From an uncultured Victivallales bacterium (GTDB lineage Bacteria > Verrucomicrobiota > Kiritimatiellia > UBA8416), in contig CAYYJS010000007.1 in assembly GCA_964472315.1 (NCBI GenBank), positions 14,299 through 78,298 on the forward strand: DNA of 64,000 nucleotides, read 5' to 3'. The notes below the pieces were generated by a model. It did no database searches. It was not told the origin of the DNA and worked only from the letters and a program-made list of their open reading frames with translations. Positions 36,228 to 45,392 of the stretch are shown here, in pieces; position 1 is the stretch's first letter; every line of letters begins with the position of its first letter. Both the position numbers and the translations under genes were made by a program.

Positions 36228-37985
36228 ATGAGCACAGAGGTTAAACTGACGATTGACGGAATTCCGACCGCGGCCGAGCCCGGCACGACGGTCATGCAGG
36301 CCGCGGACGACATTGGCATCCGGATTCCGCGGCTCTGTTACCACCCGAGTCTAAGCGTGCTCGGCGCCTGCCGAATCTGCATAGTCGAGGTCGAGGGGCA
36401 GCGGAACCCGGTGGCCTCGTGCGCCTTCCCGGTTGCCGAGGGCATGAAGGTGCGCACGTCGTCGCCGCTGCTGAGGCGATTGCGGCGCGACATTGTGGAA
36501 CTGCTGTTGGACAACCATCCGAAGGAATGCACGACGTGCGAGCGCTGCGGAAGCTGCGAACTGCAGGACCTGGCCCACAGCCTGGGCGTGCGCGAGCGGT
36601 TGTACGAGGGCGAGCGCAAACGCTTCGAGCGCGACTGCAGTTCGCAGGCCGTCATTCGCGATCCCGAGAAGTGCATCCTCTGCGGCCGGTGCGTGCGCGT
36701 GTGCGAGGAAGTACAGGGCGTGACCAATCTCAGCCAGCAGTACCGGGGATTCCTCAACTTCGTGGCGCCGGCGCACAACGACAAGATGGTCGATTCGGTT
36801 TGTATCCAGTGCGGGCAGTGCATCAACGTATGTCCGACCGCCGCCTTCGTGGAGCACAACAGCACGGATGTGGTGTTGGAAGCGCTGGCCAACCCGAACC
36901 TGCACGTCGTCGTGCAGACGGCGCCGTCCATTCGTGCCGCGCTGGGCGAAGGCTTCGGTTATCCGCCGGGAACGGCCGTCACCGGTAAGATGGTGACCGC
37001 CTCGCGCCTGATGGGGTTCGACAAGGTTTTCGATACGAACTTCAGCGCCGACCTGACGATCGTCGAAGAAGCGACGGAATTCCTCTCCCGCATGAAGGCT
37101 GGCGAGCGGCTTCCCCTGATCACCTCCTGCTCGCCGGGGTGGGTCAACTTCCTCGAGCATTTCTACCCCGAGTTGATCCCGTACGCGTCAAGCTGCAAGT
37201 CGCCGATGAGCATGCTTTCGACTTTGCTCAAGACATACTACGCCGACATCGCCGGGATCGATCCGAAGAATATCTTCGTTGTGGCGGTGATGCCCTGTAC
37301 GGCCAAGAAGTATGAGTGCGGGCGTCCGGAACATGTGGCGCCGTGGGGCAAGCCGTATACCGACGCGGTGTTGACGACGCGTGAGTACATCTGGCTGGCC
37401 AAGTGCCTCGGGGTCGACTTCGTGAATCTGCCGGACGGCGAGTTCGACAGTCCCCTGGGCGAGTCTTCAGGCGCCGGCGACATCTTTGGCGCGACCGGTG
37501 GCGTCATGGAAGCCGCCCTGCGGACCGCCTACGAGAAGGTTACGGGGAAGATATGCCCCGACCTGGACTTCGTGGCCGTCCGCGGCGTCGAAGGTCTCAA
37601 GGAGGCGGAGATCGACATCGACGGGACGATCGTTCGTGTCGCCGTGTCCAACGGACTGAACAACGCGAAGACGTTGCTGGATGCGGTGATTCAAGGTGAG
37701 CGGCAGTACCATCTGATCGAGATCATGGCGTGCCCTGGCGGATGTGTCGCCGGCGGCGGACAGCCGTATCCGCCGGACGGGATGTATGTTCTGGATCCCG
37801 AACTGACCCGGAAACGCGCGCAGGCGCTCTACGCCATCGACGCCGGCAAGAAACTGCGCAAGTCCCACGAGAATCCATCGATCATACGGCTCTACGAGAA
37901 GTTTCTGGGCGAACCGAACGGTCACAAGTCCCACGAGCTTCTGCATACATCCTATAACGCCAAGGAACCACGAGGGATACGATGA
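36228..37985 (+). CDS. hydA: [FeFe]-hydrogenase catalytic subunit (HydA/HndD-like) with N-terminal [2Fe-2S] and [4Fe-4S] domains; atypical L1 motif TSCSPGW
   Basis: RBS AAGAGGTG. H-cluster motifs L2 MPCTAKKYE and L3 EIMACPGGCVAGGGQP are present; L1 reads ITSCSPGW (canonical TSCCPxW). Confidence 0.85.
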   Translation: MSTEVKLTIDGIPTAAEPGTTVMQAADDIGIRIPRLCYHPSLSVLGACRICIVEVEGQRNPVASCAFPVAEGMKVRTSSPLLRRLRRDIVELLLDNHPKECTTCERCGSCELQDLAHSLGVRERLYEGERKRFERDCSSQAVIRDPEKCILCGRCVRVCEEVQGVTNLSQQYRGFLNFVAPAHNDKMVDSVCIQCGQCINVCPTAAFVEHNSTDVVLEALANPNLHVVVQTAPSIRAALGEGFGYPPGTAVTGKMVTASRLMGFDKVFDTNFSADLTIVEEATEFLSRMKAGERLPLITSCSPGWVNFLEHFYPELIPYASSCKSPMSMLSTLLKTYYADIAGIDPKNIFVVAVMPCTAKKYECGRPEHVAPWGKPYTDAVLTTREYIWLAKCLGVDFVNLPDGEFDSPLGESSGAGDIFGATGGVMEAALRTAYEKVTGKICPDLDFVAVRGVEGLKEAEIDIDGTIVRVAVSNGLNNAKTLLDAVIQGERQYHLIEIMACPGGCVAGGGQPYPPDGMYVLDPELTRKRAQALYAIDAGKKLRKSHENPSIIRLYEKFLGEPNGHKSHELLHTSYNAKEPRGIR

Positions 37986-38473
37986 GCACCAGCACTGACG
38001 GACTGAGCGCCGGGATTGTCGACTATATCAAGGCATGCCGGGAGAAGGAGCACCCCGAGAGCTATCTTATCCCCGTGCTCCAGAAAGTGCAGAGCGAGCA
38101 GGGCTTTCTGTCGAAGACCGGCATGAACCAGGTGGCGCAGCTCATGCAGGTGCCGACCGCGATGGTTACCGGGGTGGCCACGTTCTATCACTTCTTCACG
38201 TTCAAGCCGCGCGGAGAGAAACGCGTGACGGTGTGCATGGGGACGGCGTGCTTTGTCCGCGGTGCGGACAAGGTGCTCGACCGGGTCAAGGAACTGCTGG
38301 GGATCGGCGAGGGCGAGACCACGAGCGACGGCCGGTTTTCCATCGACTGCGCGCGTTGCATTGGCGCGTGCGCGCTGGCGCCGGTCGTGCTGGTAAACGA
38401 TAAGGTGTATGGCAACGTGACCACCGCGCAGGTCGAGAATATCCTCGCGGATCACGGTTTCGTTGTCGCGTGA
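37982..38473 (+). CDS. hydC: NuoE-like thioredoxin-fold [2Fe-2S] subunit of the hydrogenase (HydC/HndA-like)
   Basis: CMGTAC...CARCIGACALAPV motif (Cx4C...Cx3C); ATG overlaps the hydA stop (ATGA). Confidence 0.8.
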   Translation: MSTSTDGLSAGIVDYIKACREKEHPESYLIPVLQKVQSEQGFLSKTGMNQVAQLMQVPTAMVTGVATFYHFFTFKPRGEKRVTVCMGTACFVRGADKVLDRVKELLGIGEGETTSDGRFSIDCARCIGACALAPVVLVNDKVYGNVTTAQVENILADHGFVVA

Positions 38474-38565
38474 GGAGCGGCGTTGGCATGCCCGATTGCC
38501 GGTTGCGCAACGCGCCCGGCATGCAGGCCCGCGAACGGGCGACCAAACAAGAGAGGCTGATGGCA

Positions 38566-38949
38566 ATGAGCAAGAAGGTTCTGTTGATCGACGATGACGT
38601 GGACCTGGTGGCTGCCAACACCGCGGTGCTGGAAGCCGAAGGCTATACGGTTGTAAGCGCGAACGACGGCGCGGCCGGCATCGACATGGCCAAGGCCGAG
38701 AAGCCCGACCTGGTCATTCTGGATGTGATGATGGCGCACGATACCGAAGGGTTCGAGGTGAGCCGCAAGATGCGTGATTTGCCCGAGCTCCGGAAGACGC
38801 CCATCATCCTGCTGACCGGCATCAAACAGGCGATGAGCCTGCCGTTTCGCTTCGAACCCGATCAGGATTGGCTGCCGGTCAAGGTCATTCTGGAGAAGCC
38901 CGTTCAGCCCGCCCGGTTGATCGCGGAGGTAAGCAAGTACCTGGCGTAG
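38566..38949 (+). CDS. Stand-alone CheY-like response regulator receiver protein
   Basis: RBS GAGAGG; KVLLIDDDVD...DLVILDVMM...ILLTG receiver motifs; last gene of the [FeFe]-hydrogenase operon. Confidence 0.7.
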   Translation: MSKKVLLIDDDVDLVAANTAVLEAEGYTVVSANDGAAGIDMAKAEKPDLVILDVMMAHDTEGFEVSRKMRDLPELRKTPIILLTGIKQAMSLPFRFEPDQDWLPVKVILEKPVQPARLIAEVSKYLA

Positions 38950-38965
38950 GCATGCCTACACCAGG
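38940..38965. terminator. 26-nt near-perfect palindrome (CCTGGCGTAGGCA|TGCCTACACCAGG) between convergent REC gene and hypB: candidate bidirectional terminator
   Basis: Inverted repeat with one mismatch, centred between two converging stop codons 6 nt apart; no U-tract. Confidence 0.4.
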
Positions 38966-39744
38966 CTTTGCAGGTAGGCGAGCCAGGCGGCCATGCCATC
39001 GCCGGTACGGGCGCTCAGTTCCAGGACAAAAACGCCCGGCCGGACGGTGCGCAGGTTTTCGCGACAGCGGGACAGGCTCCAATCCAGGTGCGGGATCAGG
39101 TCGGTCTTGGTCAGAAGCACCACCGGCGCCTGCGCGAACAGCGACGGGTACTTGGCCGGCTTGTCCTCGCCTTCGGTCACCGACAGCAGGGCGATCTTGA
39201 AATCCTCGCCCAGGTCGAAGGCCGCGGGACAGACGAGGTTGCCGACGTTCTCGATGAACAGGATGCGCGTGTCGTCCGCAACCGCCCCCGGGAGCGCCTC
39301 GGCGACGCGGTCGGCGTCGAGATGGCAGGCGTTGTTCGTTTCGATCTGCGTTACGGGCGCGCCCTTGCCGCGCAAGCGCCGCGCATCGTTATCGGTCTTC
39401 TGGTCGCCCGTGATCACCGCGCACGGAAGCTTGCCCCGCAGTGCCGTCAAGGTCTTCTCCAGCAGGTAGGTCTTGCCGGATCCGGGCGATGAGATCATGT
39501 TGATCGCCACGATGCCGCGCGCCTTGAGCCACGCGCGGTTCCGCCGCGCGACCTCGTCATTGTGGCTGAGGATCCGTTGCTCGAGCCGGATGACTCGACC
39601 GGATTCGTCGTGTTCGTGCGCATCGCCGCCGACGGCATCGTGCGTATGGCTGTGGGCCGGGCGGCCGTCGCCGTGGTGGTGCCCGTGTCCCCCGGTATGC
39701 GCGTGCGTGTGGTGAGGATCGTCGCATCCGCAATTTTTACACAT
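38956..39744 (-). CDS. hypB: Hydrogenase nickel-incorporation GTPase HypB with His-rich N-terminus
   Basis: RBS AAGGAGAC; MCKNCGCDD...HHTHAHTGGHGHHHG His-rich metal-binding stretch; P-loop GSPGSGKT. Confidence 0.85.
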   Translation of the reverse strand: MCKNCGCDDPHHTHAHTGGHGHHHGDGRPAHSHTHDAVGGDAHEHDESGRVIRLEQRILSHNDEVARRNRAWLKARGIVAINMISSPGSGKTYLLEKTLTALRGKLPCAVITGDQKTDNDARRLRGKGAPVTQIETNNACHLDADRVAEALPGAVADDTRILFIENVGNLVCPAAFDLGEDFKIALLSVTEGEDKPAKYPSLFAQAPVVLLTKTDLIPHLDWSLSRCRENLRTVRPGVFVLELSARTGDGMAAWLAYLQSLV

Positions 39745-40117
39745 TCGAGTCGTCTCCTTGCTTGTCGCCACCCGGCGCATCGACCTCGACGGCCGTCAGC
39801 AGCAGATCCTGTCCGCCCGTCAGCCGCACGTCGCACGAACCGCAGGCTTCGCACACGTAGATCGGGAAATCCGGCGTGGCGTCGATGCCGCATGCATGGC
39901 AGTGCAGGTGTGCCGGCACGGCCGTGATATCGAGGGCCGCCCCGCCGACGCTCGTGCCCTCCGCCGCGAAAGGAAAGGCCATCCGCAGGGCTTCCGGATC
40001 GACGCCGCTGAGGGCGCCGACCGAGACGTGTACGGCGCTGACGCGCGACGATCCCGCGTCTTTCGCGACCGCCGTCACCTGGTCGACCAGCGCCTGCGCT
40101 ATCGATAGTTCATGCAT
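39737..40117 (-). CDS. hypA: Hydrogenase nickel-incorporation protein HypA
   Basis: Starts MHELSIA; zinc ribbon CHACG...CEACGS; overlaps the hypB start by 8 nt. Confidence 0.8.
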   Translation of the reverse strand: MHELSIAQALVDQVTAVAKDAGSSRVSAVHVSVGALSGVDPEALRMAFPFAAEGTSVGGAALDITAVPAHLHCHACGIDATPDFPIYVCEACGSCDVRLTGGQDLLLTAVEVDAPGGDKQGDDSNV

Positions 40118-40119
40118 GG

Positions 40120-41139
40120 TCAGCAAATCCTCGGCAACAGTTCCCCGCGCGGCACATCGATCAGGCGGCGGCCGCCGGTCAGCGTGGTCATCGACACCCG
40201 GCCCGCCACATCGGTCACCCGGCCGATCGCGGCGGCGCGTCCGCCGTTCTCCATACCGCGCCAGCGGCGCACAATCTCATCCGAGACGTCGGGACCGCAA
40301 ACGAGCGCCAGGCGCCCTTCGCTGGCGACCTGCAGCGGATCGAGTCCGAGCATCTCGCTGACGCCGCGTACGCCCGCCGAGAGCGGTATCGCCGTTTCGT
40401 CGAGCTCGATGCCGACCGGTCGTCCGTCGACGAGCTCGTTCAACACCGCGGCGAGCCCGCCGCGCGTGGGGTCCCGCATGAAGCGGATCTCGCCCGCGAG
40501 ATCGGCCACCGCCAGGACAAGCTCGTGCACGGGCGCGCTATCGCTCAGGGGTCCGTTGGCGATATGGATGTCTTCGCGGGCCGCGAGCACGGCAAGCCCG
40601 TGTTCGGCGATCGTGCCGTTGATGAGCACGTGGTCGTCGGGCTTCAGCAGGTTGGCGCCGAGCCTGAATGCGGGTAGCAGTTCGCCGATACCGGCCGTGT
40701 TGACAAAGATGCCGTCGGCCTGTCCGCGCGCGACGACCTTCGTATCGCCCGTGACGATCTCGACGCCGCAGCGCTCGGCGGCGGCCTTTACGGCGTCTAG
40801 CACCCGCCGCAAGGCGGCCATCGGGAACCCCTCCTCCAGAATCAGGGATAGCGAGAGCCACCGCGGACGGCCGCCGGCGACGGCGATATCGTTGACCGTC
40901 CCGTGTACGGCGAGATCCCCGATGTTGCCGCCGGGGAACTCGTAAGGCGTTACGACGAAACTGTCCGTCGTGAAAACCAGGCCCCGACTGGGCAATGCCA
41001 GCGTCGCCGCGTCCGGCAAGCCCTGCAGCGCCTTGGCGCTGAAGCGCGACACGATTTCCGCATCGATGAAAGCGCGGGTCAGCCGTCCGCCGCCGCCATG
41101 CGCCAGTTGAATCGTCTCGTCCACGTCATCGCCTCGCAA
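40120..41139 (-). CDS. hypE: Hydrogenase maturation carbamoyl dehydratase HypE
   Basis: AIR-synthase-like fold; C-terminal PRIC motif typical of HypE. Confidence 0.85.
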   Translation of the reverse strand: MRGDDVDETIQLAHGGGGRLTRAFIDAEIVSRFSAKALQGLPDAATLALPSRGLVFTTDSFVVTPYEFPGGNIGDLAVHGTVNDIAVAGGRPRWLSLSLILEEGFPMAALRRVLDAVKAAAERCGVEIVTGDTKVVARGQADGIFVNTAGIGELLPAFRLGANLLKPDDHVLINGTIAEHGLAVLAAREDIHIANGPLSDSAPVHELVLAVADLAGEIRFMRDPTRGGLAAVLNELVDGRPVGIELDETAIPLSAGVRGVSEMLGLDPLQVASEGRLALVCGPDVSDEIVRRWRGMENGGRAAAIGRVTDVAGRVSMTTLTGGRRLIDVPRGELLPRIC

Positions 41140-41165
41140 ATCGCTTCATCCAACGCAACTTCTTA

Positions 41166-43412
41166 TCATGATGCATGCAGTCCGGCAACCACGGCCTGCC
41201 CGAAGGCGATGCCGCCATCGTTGGGCGGGATGCGCTGATGGGTGAGCACCCGAAAACCCATCGCCTCCAGTCGGGGTGCGAGAATTCCGCACAGCAGCCG
41301 GTTCATGAACACCCCGCCGGTGAGCGCCACCGTCCGCAAGGCGCTGGAGCCGGCCGCGGCGTCGACCATGCGGCAGGCGGCATCGGCGACGGCCAGGTGG
41401 CAGGCCAGCGCCTGAGTCGCGCGAGCATCCGCGTCGAGTTCGCCGAGGTCCGAAAGATACGCGATGGCCGGCGTCCAGTCGACTTCGATGCAGCCATCGT
41501 TGCGCTCGTACATCGCGAACGGCAGCGATGCGGGGTGTCCCGCCGGAGCGCGCCGTGCGGCCGCTTCCAGACAGATGGGGGCCTGTCCCTCGTAGGACAG
41601 CGCGACGGGCGCGAGGCCCAGCAGCACGGCAAAGGTGTCGAACAGGCGCCCGGCGGCGTGCGTGAGCGGGGCATTGAGTCCGCGCTCGCACTGGCGTCGC
41701 CAGACCGCGCAGGCTTCCTCGCCGGCGCCGTAACGGCTGAGGATATGGGGTAGGGGAACGATGCCGCCCTGTTGCCAGCGGGCGACAAGCTGGCGCACCG
41801 GTTGGTGGACGGCGGCATCGCCGCCGGGCAGCGCCGCGGGACGGAACGTCGCGCGGCGCGTGATGCCGGATGCGGTTACGGCGAGCAGTTCGGCGCCCCA
41901 GATGGCGCCATCGGGCCCAAGCCCCGTGCCGTCGAAACAGAGCGCCAGACCCTCGGTTTCGCCGTGTTCGGCGAGGCAGCCGACCGCGTGGGCGGCATGG
42001 TGCTGCACCTCGACAACCGGCACGCCGGCGCGTGCGGCCAGCAGATGGCCCAGGCGCGTCGCGTGCATGTCGGGGTGTGCATCGACGGCCACGCAGGCGG
42101 GTTGGCGGTCGAAGAAGATCGGCAGTTCGCGCGCGGCGCGTTCATGGGCGGCTATGGCTTCGGGCGTCTCCAGGTCGCCGATATGCGGCGACAGCACGAC
42201 CCGGGAGTCATAGCCGAGCGCGATCGTGTTCTTGAGTTCGGCGCCCATGGCCAGGACGTTGCGCGCCAGCGGATGGGTCAGTGTAATGGCCGACGGCGCG
42301 TAGCCTCTGGCGCGGCGCCAGACCTGCGGGCCACGCGCCTGCAGCACGACCAGCGAGTCGTCGTTGCGCAAGTTCACTTCACGGTCGTGCACGAGAAAGC
42401 AGTCGGCGATATCCGCGAGCCGACGGTACGCTTCATCGTTCGCGATGCAGATGGGTTCGGCGCGTTTGTTGCCGCTCGTCATGACCAGATAGTCGAACGG
42501 CGGCGTGGGATCGTCCGGCAGTCCCTGCGCGAGCAACAGGTGCAGCGGGGTCGTGGGGAGCATAACCCCGAGCGTTTGGGTGTCGGGTGCGATGAGATCG
42601 AGGGCAAGCGGAGTCTCCGATCGCTCGTCCACGTCCAGAACGACGATGGGTGCCTGGGGCGACGTGAGCAACTCCTCCGCTTCTGGCGTTACGCGGCATA
42701 CGCGGCGGGCGCAGGCGAGGTCACGCGCCATGACGGCGAAGGGTTTGGCCGGGCGTCGCTTCCGATCGCGGAGGAGGGCGATGGCCGGCCGGTTCTCCGC
42801 ATCGACGGCGAGCAGGAATCCGCCGAGACCGCGCACGGCGACGGTCTGGCCGGCGCGTAGGCGGCGTCGCGCTTCGCGCAGGGGTTCGCCGGCGATCGAC
42901 CGGCCCCGGCAATCGGTCAACGAGACCCGCGGTCCGCAGGCGGGGCATGCCGTCGATTCGGCATGAAAACGCCGGTTGGCGGGGTCGGTATACTCGGCGC
43001 GGCACCGCGGGCACAGCGGGAAGGCGGCGAGCGTGGTGCGCTCGCGATCGTAGGGCATGGCGTTGACGACCGTGTAGCGCGGTCCGCAATTCGTGCATGT
43101 CGTAAACGGGTACCCATGACGGCGGTCGTCGGGGTCCATGATCTCGGCACGGCATTCGGCGCACATGGCGAGATCGGCGGGAATGCTGACGTCCATGGGT
43201 TCGTCATCCACGCTGGACGCGACGGTGAACGGTGCGGGTACGGCGCCCGAGGGTAGCGGGACGTCGGAGATGAGTGCGATCGAGTCGATGGCGGCGATGG
43301 CGGGCAGGGAGGCCGGCAGGCGCGCGGCGAAGTCGTCGATGGCGGCGGGAGCGCCTTCCAGCACGATCAGGACCGACCCGGAGCGGTTCAGGACATGGCC
43401 GCCCAGCCCCAT
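41166..43412 (-). CDS. hypF: Carbamoyltransferase HypF (acylphosphatase + two Zn-fingers + YrdC + Kae1-like domains); true start probably upstream of the first ATG
   Basis: CTNCGPRYT...CPRCRAEY...CPACGP zinc fingers; YrdC and Kae1-like segments. The acylphosphatase motif TVQGVGFRPSVYRLA is encoded in-frame upstream of ATG 43412 (to about 43505) with no ATG. Confidence 0.8.
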   Translation of the reverse strand: MGLGGHVLNRSGSVLIVLEGAPAAIDDFAARLPASLPAIAAIDSIALISDVPLPSGAVPAPFTVASSVDDEPMDVSIPADLAMCAECRAEIMDPDDRRHGYPFTTCTNCGPRYTVVNAMPYDRERTTLAAFPLCPRCRAEYTDPANRRFHAESTACPACGPRVSLTDCRGRSIAGEPLREARRRLRAGQTVAVRGLGGFLLAVDAENRPAIALLRDRKRRPAKPFAVMARDLACARRVCRVTPEAEELLTSPQAPIVVLDVDERSETPLALDLIAPDTQTLGVMLPTTPLHLLLAQGLPDDPTPPFDYLVMTSGNKRAEPICIANDEAYRRLADIADCFLVHDREVNLRNDDSLVVLQARGPQVWRRARGYAPSAITLTHPLARNVLAMGAELKNTIALGYDSRVVLSPHIGDLETPEAIAAHERAARELPIFFDRQPACVAVDAHPDMHATRLGHLLAARAGVPVVEVQHHAAHAVGCLAEHGETEGLALCFDGTGLGPDGAIWGAELLAVTASGITRRATFRPAALPGGDAAVHQPVRQLVARWQQGGIVPLPHILSRYGAGEEACAVWRRQCERGLNAPLTHAAGRLFDTFAVLLGLAPVALSYEGQAPICLEAAARRAPAGHPASLPFAMYERNDGCIEVDWTPAIAYLSDLGELDADARATQALACHLAVADAACRMVDAAAGSSALRTVALTGGVFMNRLLCGILAPRLEAMGFRVLTHQRIPPNDGGIAFGQAVVAGLHAS

Positions 43413-43516
43413 CGCCCGGGCCAGGCGATAGACCGACGGACGGAAGCCGACGCCCTGGACGGTGCCGGTCAGACTGTACGTGCGGCGGACAAGCAGCGTC
43501 GGTTGGGGTGCGGGCG

Positions 43517-43969
43517 TCAGCTTTGCACCTCCTTCAGCGCGACGGCGACATAGTCGGCGAACCGTGCTGCCACGGCCGCGGAAAGGCCGTCGCCCATGGT
43601 CATCGAAGCGGGCTGGATGGCCACGATGCGGATTGGCGGCACCGGCTGCCCGATCTGGCGCGCAAGCTGAACCAGCTTGAGCACGTCGCCCTCGTGCGTC
43701 GATATGGTCCCGACGACCTTGCGGGAGTCGACGTCCTCGGGGCCGAAGGCGATCCAGTCCCCCGGCTGCCCGCCGAAGTCGGCGGCATCGACGATGACGA
43801 CGCCGTCGGTCTCCGGCTCGAAATACGTCAGCACCTGCATGCCGTTGTTGCCGATCTCGACGGCCTCGAAACCGTCGTCAAGGTGGTTGTCGGCGATATG
43901 CTCGACGATGCGGAGCCCGATACCGTCATCGCCCATGGCGTAGTTACCGAGACCGAGCAGGTAGCGCAT
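43517..43969 (-). CDS. Hydrogenase maturation endopeptidase (HycI/HoxW/HybD family)
   Basis: MRYLLGLGNYAMGDDGIGLRIVE N-terminus and internal His-containing motif typical of [NiFe]-hydrogenase C-terminal proteases. Confidence 0.75.
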   Translation of the reverse strand: MRYLLGLGNYAMGDDGIGLRIVEHIADNHLDDGFEAVEIGNNGMQVLTYFEPETDGVVIVDAADFGGQPGDWIAFGPEDVDSRKVVGTISTHEGDVLKLVQLARQIGQPVPPIRIVAIQPASMTMGDGLSAAVAARFADYVAVALKEVQS

Positions 43970-44051
43970 GTCCTGGTCCTTGATCGGGCGCGAAAAGAGG
44001 CGGGGCGCCGGCGTTTGCCGGCGCCCCGCAAGGGCTGGCTCTTCGCGCCGG

Positions 44052-45392
44052 TTACTTCTTGAACGTCACATCGAGGTAATGCGTGGAGCAGGAGATGCAG
44101 GGGTCGTAGGCACGGACCAGCATCTCGAGTCCCAGTTCCATCTCCTTTTCGGACTTGTTGGCCGCCACCAGTTCGGGGACGAGCGCGTTGAAGTCCTGTT
44201 GGATGTTGGCGTGATTCTGCCCGGTGGGAATGATGCAGTTGCCCATCGTGCAGAAACCGGCCGGATCGTAGGCGTACTCGTGGAACAGGATGCCACGCGG
44301 CACTTCCGTCGCGGCGGCGCCGCGTGCAAATCGCGTGGGCGTGGCCGGCTTCTCGTCCTTCAGTCCCTTTGTGAGCAGCACGTCGATGTACTCGACGGTC
44401 TTGAAGACGCTGTGGACGCATTCCACGAACTGCGCGATGCTGTTCATGTAGGGGTTGAAGCACAGGGGCTTCAGACCGAGCCCGACGGCCAACTTCCTGG
44501 CCTCGGGATGGAGTTGGTCGTGGCTGTTGTTGAAACGGGCCAGGGCGCCGGCCATGTAGCTGGCCATATTGTGCTTGGCGTACTTGGCCGTCGACTGGTC
44601 CACCACGTATTCGTTCGTCACGGAACGGTAGTCGGCGACGTCGATCAGTTCCTGAGCGCCGTCGGGCATCCGGCAGCCGATCTTGCCGTCATACAGGCCA
44701 TATTCCTTGTCGTCGACCAACGCGACGTACTCGGTCTGGCGCGTGAACGGTGGAATGCCGCCGGCGAGACTGAGCAGCGTCTTATAGGTTTCGACCGCAT
44801 CGGGTACGCAAGCCAGCAGCTTGTCCTTCAATTCGCGCAGGTTGGCTTCGGCCTCGCGCACGGTGCGGGCGCCGCCGGGCAGCGACGCGAAGCCGCCGAC
44901 GATCGCGCGGGTGGGGTGCGTGGTGCGTCCGCCGATGCAGCTTCCCCATTCGTGGCCGAGGCGCTTCATGCGCAGGGCGCGCTTGACGACCTCGCCGTGT
45001 GTCGGCACCAGCGGGAAGACCGAGGGCACACCCAGCAGATCGGGCGCTACGAGGAAGTAGACATGCAGGACATGCGAGTCGAAATTCTCGGCATGCTTGA
45101 GAATGCGCCGCAACAGGTCCGTCTGCTCCGAGATTTCGATGCCCAAGGCGGCCTCGGTCGCCTTCAGGGAGGCGAGGGTGTGGCCGACCGAACAGATGCC
45201 GCAGATGCGGCTCGTGATGCGCGCCACTTCGCTGTAGTGGCGTCCGCGCACCATCGCTTCGAAGAACCGCGGCGCCTCGGGCACCTGCCACTGGCAGGTC
45301 TCGACGGTGCCGTTGGTCACGTTGACCACGATGTTGCCGTGGCCTTCGACGCGCGTGAGATGATGGACATTGATCTTCGCGTTCTTTGTCAT
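44052..45392 (-). CDS. [NiFe]-hydrogenase large (alpha) subunit, group 3 (sulfhydrogenase/HydA-like)
   Basis: N-terminal RVEGHG, RICGICSVGH (L1 CxxC) and C-terminal DPCISCSTH (DPCxxCxxH) Ni-Fe-ligating motifs. Confidence 0.85.
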   Translation of the reverse strand: MTKNAKINVHHLTRVEGHGNIVVNVTNGTVETCQWQVPEAPRFFEAMVRGRHYSEVARITSRICGICSVGHTLASLKATEAALGIEISEQTDLLRRILKHAENFDSHVLHVYFLVAPDLLGVPSVFPLVPTHGEVVKRALRMKRLGHEWGSCIGGRTTHPTRAIVGGFASLPGGARTVREAEANLRELKDKLLACVPDAVETYKTLLSLAGGIPPFTRQTEYVALVDDKEYGLYDGKIGCRMPDGAQELIDVADYRSVTNEYVVDQSTAKYAKHNMASYMAGALARFNNSHDQLHPEARKLAVGLGLKPLCFNPYMNSIAQFVECVHSVFKTVEYIDVLLTKGLKDEKPATPTRFARGAAATEVPRGILFHEYAYDPAGFCTMGNCIIPTGQNHANIQQDFNALVPELVAANKSEKEMELGLEMLVRAYDPCISCSTHYLDVTFKK

